Of a DNA stretch of 64,000 bases, positions 57,201-64,000 are shown one piece after another (the stretch's first letter is position 1; the number at the start of each line of letters is the position of its first letter). The notes beneath the pieces are model-generated. The model worked only from the letters and a program-made list of their open reading frames with translations, was not told the DNA's origin and made no database searches. The stretch covers positions 18,542,857 to 18,606,856 of the forward strand of contig OZ316893.1 in NCBI GenBank assembly GCA_973895155.1. Reading direction: 5' to 3'. The position numbers were made by a program, and so were the translations under genes. The stretch comes from Marsupella aquatica. Its lineage: Eukaryota > Plantae > Marchantiophyta.

Positions 57201-60200
57201 TCCATGTGAAACATGAACCTGAGAAAGAAATAGTGATTTTAAGAACATCATATAGGTCAAAACAACATTTCAGGTCCCTCCAGGCTGCTAGCTTAGATCC
57301 AGAGAGCAATGAAGAGTGGCCTGCAACTGAGTCAATAACTTTTTCTGTCATATTAAAATCTCCAGAGATTATCCAATTTTCACTTGATAAAGATAGCAAT
57401 AGAGCTTCCCAGAGTTTAGTACGAATAGCCGGATCGTTAGATGCATACAAGCCCACGATGCCAAAGGAGCCAAATTCACACTCTATGTTGGCCCATGTAG
57501 TACTACTAAAAGGTATTATACCTAAGTTTCTTACCTGGAAGGAGGGGTGAATGAGCATGGCCGCCCCCCCCCCCTTCCCAGCCACAAGGTGAGCAACAAT
57601 GGTTTTGAATCCTGGTAATATGAAGGAGAGAGCAGAGATGAGACAAAATTCATCCGCCTTGATCTCAAGAAGGGTAATTATGTCAATTATGGAGTGACAC
57701 ATATCGTGGATCCACTGATGGATGATATATTTACGGTTAGGGACACACAGACCTGAAACATTCCAAATTGCAATTTTTAATTGAGGATCCATATGTGATG
57801 TATCTACTTCTATGAGGGCCTGTAATCTTACTCTATGTCTTGATTATGTGAGGGTGTTCCCAAAACTGTCTCATATTCGGAGCTGGAGGATCCACTACCC
57901 TGACCGGATTCATCATCCATAGACGTGGCATCTTCTTGGGATGCGTATCCTCCCGAAGGATCTCCAAAAATTTGGTTAAAAAGAAGAGAGGTGCAGGACT
58001 TACCTGGTAATTTGTGAGCCGTTGATGCAAATAGCGAACCCAATTTTTTTCTCTTCTTTATCACGTGGTTGGGAGATGGCTTAACTATACAACTGTGTCC
58101 TGGTCCATTTGATGTTGAGCAAAGGGGGAACACTCTCTCCTTCCTATTCCATGCGCTGCCTAGGAGATTTACTATAGGCTGAGACGCCAGCGAGGAGGGT
58201 GGAGGCCGGTCGGTGAGTATACTGGACTCGTTGGGGTATTGTCATTCCCTTGCTCTCACCATCTCTAGTCAGATTGATTTCTGGCATCTCTGGGAGGGGC
58301 TGGTTCATGTCCCATAGTAAACAAGCTTTATCATGTGGAGAGGAGGAGTCCTCTGATTTGGAACAGTAGTGTAATATTTCTCCCATCTGTTCAAAAACCT
58401 GCAGCCCACTCCCTTCCAAAGCTAATTCACAGAATCTGAGTTCGACCCAAATTGGCATCTTCCATATGAATGGAGAATGAAGGGAGAAAGCTGGGTCCTA
58501 GGGCGCACAGAATATGTATTTGTTGCCAATATACCACGGTGAGCTCCCCAATGCTGCCCGTTTATGATCCGGCAATCCAAAGGTTACGAGGAAGTAATTC
58601 TTCCCCACAAACTTATTACTTTTTATAATCCATTTTCTTTTAAAGCAAAATTCATCTTCAGCCCAACGTAGGAATTGCTGTATAGGTGGTACTCTCCCAA
58701 CAAAAAAGAACAGTACTGCTTGAGATAGTAACTCCGCTACTATAATGGATGTTGATTTGATACTTACCTTCATTTGTAATAATACCTTTGGAGTATCTGT
58801 CTGCAATTGCGTGGCCAATAGGGACTGTATTGCTGCTTTGCACTTTGGTGATAACAACCAATTGTTGATAGTGCTCGTCAGTGGTGGACCTCGTCACCCA
58901 GCGCCCTCACCAATCCCAGCACTTGTGCCTAAGTACCCTTGGTGCCTGAATGCCTCCACAGAATACCTCGAGCAAGCATCCAAGTGCCTCTAGCACCACC
59001 TGCGGCCACTCCCATACGAAGCCGCACTCGCTCACCTACACGACCGCTACTCAACGGTCCTCACCGTCTGCACAAACAACCAAGCACCTCGGTAAGTAAC
59101 CCCTCCGGATCTAGAACTCACCCAGTCTAGCATCCTAACTCAAGCTCAACAGACGTTGGTAAATAGGTCAGCGATAGGTCCTCCCGATGCCATAAGCCGG
59201 AACCAGAAAGAAAATGTCCACCGTCCGTCCAGGACAGCTCCTTCCTTGGGCGCGGCCCGGGTTCCCCCTCGTACCTATCCATCACCAACTGACCGCCCTG
59301 ACCTCAGGACATGTTCATGGCCCAAATAGCGTAGCTTATCCTAAACTTGTCCCAAGCTTGTCTCAACACGCCGGGACCAGAACAGCCCCGACTCTAACAA
59401 TCGCTCCCGGTTTGCCCCATTGATGGTCTAGGGACTGAGCGCCCTTGGGACTCAGCCTCCATACCTACTTGGCCTTGCCTCCCCAACGCAAGCTCCCTTG
59501 GGAGGCTGAACGTGGCTTGGCTGCTGTTCGGCAGGATTTGGCAATCAGGCGAGCTAACACCCGCAAACCACGAGAACCCATGGCACCCCCGAACCCATCT
59601 GAGCTCAGGAGGGCGTGGCCCTCCTCAAGAGCTTTCCAACGCACCCAAGAAATCCTCCAACGGACTTCCTGTTAAGAAGATATCGCCATTTTTGTTTGGC
59701 GGTTTCCCTTAGTGTCGCGACCGCCGCGGCTCACGACTTCGGCTCGACCTTAGCCCCCTAGGGAGACACCACTCCCTTCATATATGCTTCTGGAGACCTG
59801 CCACCCCCGGACCAACTTTGGTCCCTAAACATTTGGCCCCCAACCCGGATCCCATCGCGCGTAATGGGCGCGCCACCAACTGGCAACGCCCATAACTTTC
59901 TTGATAGGCATCCGCAAGCGGAGTGCCTTAGCCCGTTGTGACCGGGCCGACCCAGTACTCATGCCTAGGTCCTCAGGTCTGATCGCCGCTCGGGGCCCTC
60001 GACCGGCCCAACCCGGATCGGGCCACAACTTGCGCCCCAAGCGTCCGTTGCCAATGGCGTCAACTCCATTGGCCTAGGGCCCAAGAGGAGCTCACTCCCA
60101 AGCCCTCAGAACTCAAAGCCCATCCAATGGTCCGGATGGCCATCCTTGAGCCCGGCCTATTTGCCCTTGACCCGACCGGCCATAGGCTAGTCCAAGTCCT

Positions 60201-60568
60201 TAGTGTGTGTCCCCGGCTTGGCCCCTTGCCTCGCTAGTGCCACGTCTCATTGCCCACAAGTCTCCCCGTGCTAAGTCCTCCCCGGATGGCCTATCTGGGC
60301 CTGGACCATAAGGGAGCTCGACGTCGGAGTCAGCAACGCAGGAGCTAAGTGTTAAGGTAGTCGAGTTCCGCGACTTTATCACATTATCAACTCCAACCGT
60401 GCTGTCTGCGCCTTGCACTTGTTCTGTATCTTCTCCCATGAACTCCTTTCCTAATTGTTTGTTCAATTGTTTTGCCTCCCGATCTGTGTCTACCCCACTC
60501 TTGTTTGGATTGTCTATTAGCGCACATGCGATTCCTTCCGCTTTGAATATCTCACTTAGCTTTGCCAT
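54216..60568 (-). mobile_element. Decayed near-full-length L1-clade LINE (DUF4283-type ORF1; EN-RT-zf-RVT ORF2)
   Basis: ORF1 from 60568, split by 58880-60375, with FVGKNYFLVTF...GSSPWY. EN IWNVSGL, GDFN, SRLDRIY, SDHCPV (57055-57792). RT WRPITLLN, QTGFVPG, KMDFAKAFDRVDH with a core deletion. zf-RVT CPLC...HIFCMC. T-rich tail at 54216-54231. Confidence 0.88.
58880..60375 (-). mobile_element. Complete 1496-bp AGT...ACT solo-LTR-like element inserted in L1 ORF1
   Basis: Plus-strand ends AGTGGTGG...CCGCGACT; flanks TCGTC/TTATC. Removing the element and one 5-mer restores the L1 ORF1 frame (..DNVISTINNWLLSPKC..). TATA-like CATATATGAAGGGAG on the minus strand near 59780. Confidence 0.85.
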
Positions 60569-62500
60569 GTCTCCTCTACTTTGACCGGTTGATGTGCATT
60601 AGTTTCTTGCTTATTCACCTTCTACCGCTCGTTTTGTGGTTGAGAGCCGTTAACCTAAGAGCTTCTTATATTTTGTGTCACTTCAGTCGTGTGGCTTATA
60701 CTCAACTACTCGCATCTTTACTAATTGTTCTTGTGTTCTTCGAGTGGTGTGGAGAACTATGTGTGTGGCAGTGTGTCTTCATACCGCATTTTTGTGTCGA
60801 CCATTTGAAGTTGACAGGGCTGTTTGCTGACCCGTTTTGGATCAGTTGGTGTCTTTTGTACTTGTGGACTATCCACGTGGCTTATTTGTGTATTTCTGGA
60901 GCATGTTTTCTGACTACGTGTCCACTAATCAACTCGAGTCATGGAGGCTAATTTTCGTTATGACAGACTAAAAGGGGGCGCGACCAGTCTGCCCTGAAAT
61001 GGATCTTTTGGGGAGATGGCCTACCAACTATCCCTGGGTCCAAGGTATCCAGGAGCGGCCATATCTGACAGCAAGACAAGGGAGCCTGGAACAAATAGAA
61101 TACTGACATATTTCCAGCACCTGCCTGTGCTTCAGATATTTTATCCTTGAATTCTTAGTGACTTGTGTGGTAACACTCTGGGTCCTTCTTCTCTTGCATT
61201 TCTTTAATTTTTATTACTCTTTATTGGTACCTGATCTTTGCTTACTCGACTTCATGCTGAAACTCTGTCAGCCGAATCTACTGACTCACATTCCTGCTTC
61301 TTAATGCCAGACATCATGTCATCATTCTGGGCTCTGTAGCCGTATTGTTGTCTTTCCACTAGAGTACTTTCTTCTTCTGCAACTTTTCTGGAGAAAAACA
61401 TGATGTACTCGTTATACTTCCCAACATTGTTCGTGCCTGACAGTTTTACATTTGTTCTAGGATACGTATTCCTGGTCACCTGTTGACTATTAGCCTTAGT
61501 TTTTGGTGTCGTTATTAGAGCTTTGAGATGTAAGATTGAAAATTTTATTTCCAACGAAGATTGAAAAATTTCTTCTTGCTCAGAGTTTTTGATTTACCCA
61601 TGGGATTAGTCAGCCCTATCCCTGTGTCCGGTTACCTGGGGTTGACGTGTTATCTCTATATAATTGTCGTTTCTTCAGCGACTGCTTTGCTATCCCTCTC
61701 CTATTGTTATTCTATCATCCTCTAACTGTCCGCTGTATTTATTCTTTCTTTACTGTAACCTTTCTCAATTTGTCAATATTTGATTTTATTCCTTCTTCTA
61801 ATATACTGCTTTCTTGTTTTTGTTTTTTGTTGTGTGATACTAACTTCTGTGGAATTATCCCTCGTTACTTGTGTTTGTTTGGTTTGTGGTTTATTTTCCT
61901 TCAGCTTGATTGATTTGTCTTTCTGTACCTTGACTTCTATCTCGGCCTACTTCTTGTGTACTTGTCTTCTCCAATTTGGCCCCCATCTCATTGACTTCCC
62001 CTTACGTCTTCAATTATATCTGAGACTGCGCGATTTCCTTGATTCTGGACTGAACTCCTTATGTTGCTTGGATTAGTCAATCTTTTATTCTTTAATCGGC
62101 TTTCTTCCATTTGTCTTCTGCATTCTTTTGCTTTGGTTTGTCGAGTTATCCTTTCTCTTAGCTGGTTGACCTGGTTGTTTAGTGATACTGATACTATTGG
62201 CTATTCCCACTAGCTGGAGTTCGTTTTGGTTAGTGTTGTACATACTAGTCTGAGCTTTCATTTTCCTTACCCAGAGAATGGGGCATTCTTTGTTACTTAT
62301 CTTAATCATTGCTGCGTTCTTTGCTTGACATGGCGCTACCCTCCCTTCTTTTTTTGTTGTTGGTCCATTCTCCCTTTGTGCAACAATCCCATAAGAACCT
62401 GCGCACTTCCTCCCCCTTGCCCTCTAATTCTTCGTGCCTTTGGGTTTCACCATCGTTCTCCTTTTGCTAGCTTCCCCTTCGCCCCTCCATCGGCTGATGG

Positions 62501-62870
62501 GGGGTATTTACGAACGACAGGAAACAGGAAACAATAACAGGAAACAGTTACTGGTAATAGGAAAGTGGGTGGTAACTTTTTTGGATTTTTTTCTTTGGAT
62601 TTTTTTTGGAAAATTTTTTTTGGGAGAAAAAAAGTTTTTTTGTTTTGGTTTGTCATCATCATATTGCTAGCGCCCGGAGCTAACAATAGCAGTGCTTGGC
62701 GCTCGCCAAAAAATGCCACGATTTTAATTATTTTGAAAAATAAGACTTTTAAATGGTACATTTTTAGATCGTATTTTTTACTGGTAACAGTAAAATTTTC
62801 CTGGTAACAAGAAACTTTTTGCTGGTACCAGTAAACTTGTTTACTGTTTGCTGTTACGATGGTGATGCCC
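62501..62870. mobile_element. Mutator-like MITE (370 bp)
   Basis: Perfect 9-bp TSD GGCTGATGG (62492-62500 and 62871-62879); imperfect long TIRs starting GGG and built from ACAG(G/C/T)AA units; AT-rich core. Confidence 0.8.
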
Positions 62871-64000
62871 GGCTGATGGTTCCTTCTCCACGTCTTCATA
62901 GCTTCGCTTCCATCGCTCCTCCGCCTTCGCTCCTCTGCCATCCTGTCCTCTCCTCGGGGACTCTATCAAGATTATGCTTCTTTGTGGCTATCTGCCGTCA
63001 TTTGCCAGTTTCATGTTTGATTTGGCCTAATTACTTGAAATCCTCAATGGTTCTGCGAATGACCTCATTTCGACCCCTGTATTGTTTATCCCTAAATTTT
63101 AATCGGCTTTTATCGTGGCAAAAATGTCTGTGAACCGGGAGCCTAGCTAATATCACTTGGTCCACAATATGTTAGAATCAGTCCCTCTTTCTCTAGTTCC
63201 TTCTCTCTTTGATGTGTCGTTAGCACTGAAAATCAAGAATTCAAGTCATCAAGTAATCCATTGGTTGTGGCTCTTTTTGCAGTAGGATGTACAAATTTAT
63301 GAATAGGAAACGGGTGGTGTTCGGTTTTCTACTAATCGGGAACAAGGCATTTTGTCCACAACAAGAAGCTTCAGCTGTGACGAATATTTCTTTGAATAAT
63401 GATTGTGATGTACAGAATGCTTGTGAGCTCAAGGTGCTTGTCTACGTAACATGGACTTTCAACTTTTGGAACGTTTGTATGCATTCAAGTACGTAAACAT
63501 TGCAAACACCTTACACTGAGCTAAGAGAACACAATGAAACTTCGGGCACAAACATTTGGCAAAACCGGAGACAGTGACATTGCTCCAGCAGAACCCTAGC
63601 AGTCAGTTTGTTGACTCTCGACCAATCTCTTCTCTCTCCATGCCAAAGTAACAAAGGAAGAAAATACTAAGATTGAGACAAATACAGACCTCGACAGATA
63701 TGGCGTTCTTACCTTTGGTGCGGATGATTTTGAGTCCGGCAGAAGGCAGCTCCCAAGTTTCACTTCGCGGGGAGGCACCTATCACTTTAATTTGGTTCTT
63801 GGATCTTGTTCCAGTTGTTTCATTTGCTTTTTTTACTGGTGTGAGTGTTACGTGTATTCTCTGATCTGATCGTCAATTGTTCCTATTTATTTCCTTACCC
63901 TTATTATTGTTCCTGTGATCTGCATACTTCCTTTTTATGCTTGGGGGCGTTGAATGAAATATTGCTTGTGGTTATGCTTGCAATAGTGAGGGTTCAATAA

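Noticed and set aside
60570-64000. Protein-coding genes in the short hydrophobic ORFs at the window end
   Set aside because: T-rich low-complexity frames with no recognisable motif; a possible minus-strand splice donor near 63712 is too weak alone.

Overview
Repeat-dense, AT-rich eukaryotic DNA, most likely from a non-seed land plant (inference from the transposon mix and a plant-type FHA gene). It holds one clear host gene, an intronless FHA/coiled-coil ORF at 29253-32450, inside nested transposons. These include a young RTEX-like LINE with several related fragments, a Bianca-type Copia with identical LTRs, a Gypsy fragment, a decayed L1, a Penelope-like RT fragment, several MITE-like elements and solo-LTR-like repeats with unusual AGT...ACT ends. 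The main finding is three copies, from two subfamilies, of a Ty3/Gypsy retrotransposon with the layout gag-zinc knuckle-protease-C5 cytosine DNA methyltransferase-RT-RNase H-integrase-PHD finger. It would therefore encode both a DNA-methylation writer and a histone reader. All three copies are decayed. Family assignments and similarity estimates are from motif reading by eye; no database search was run.
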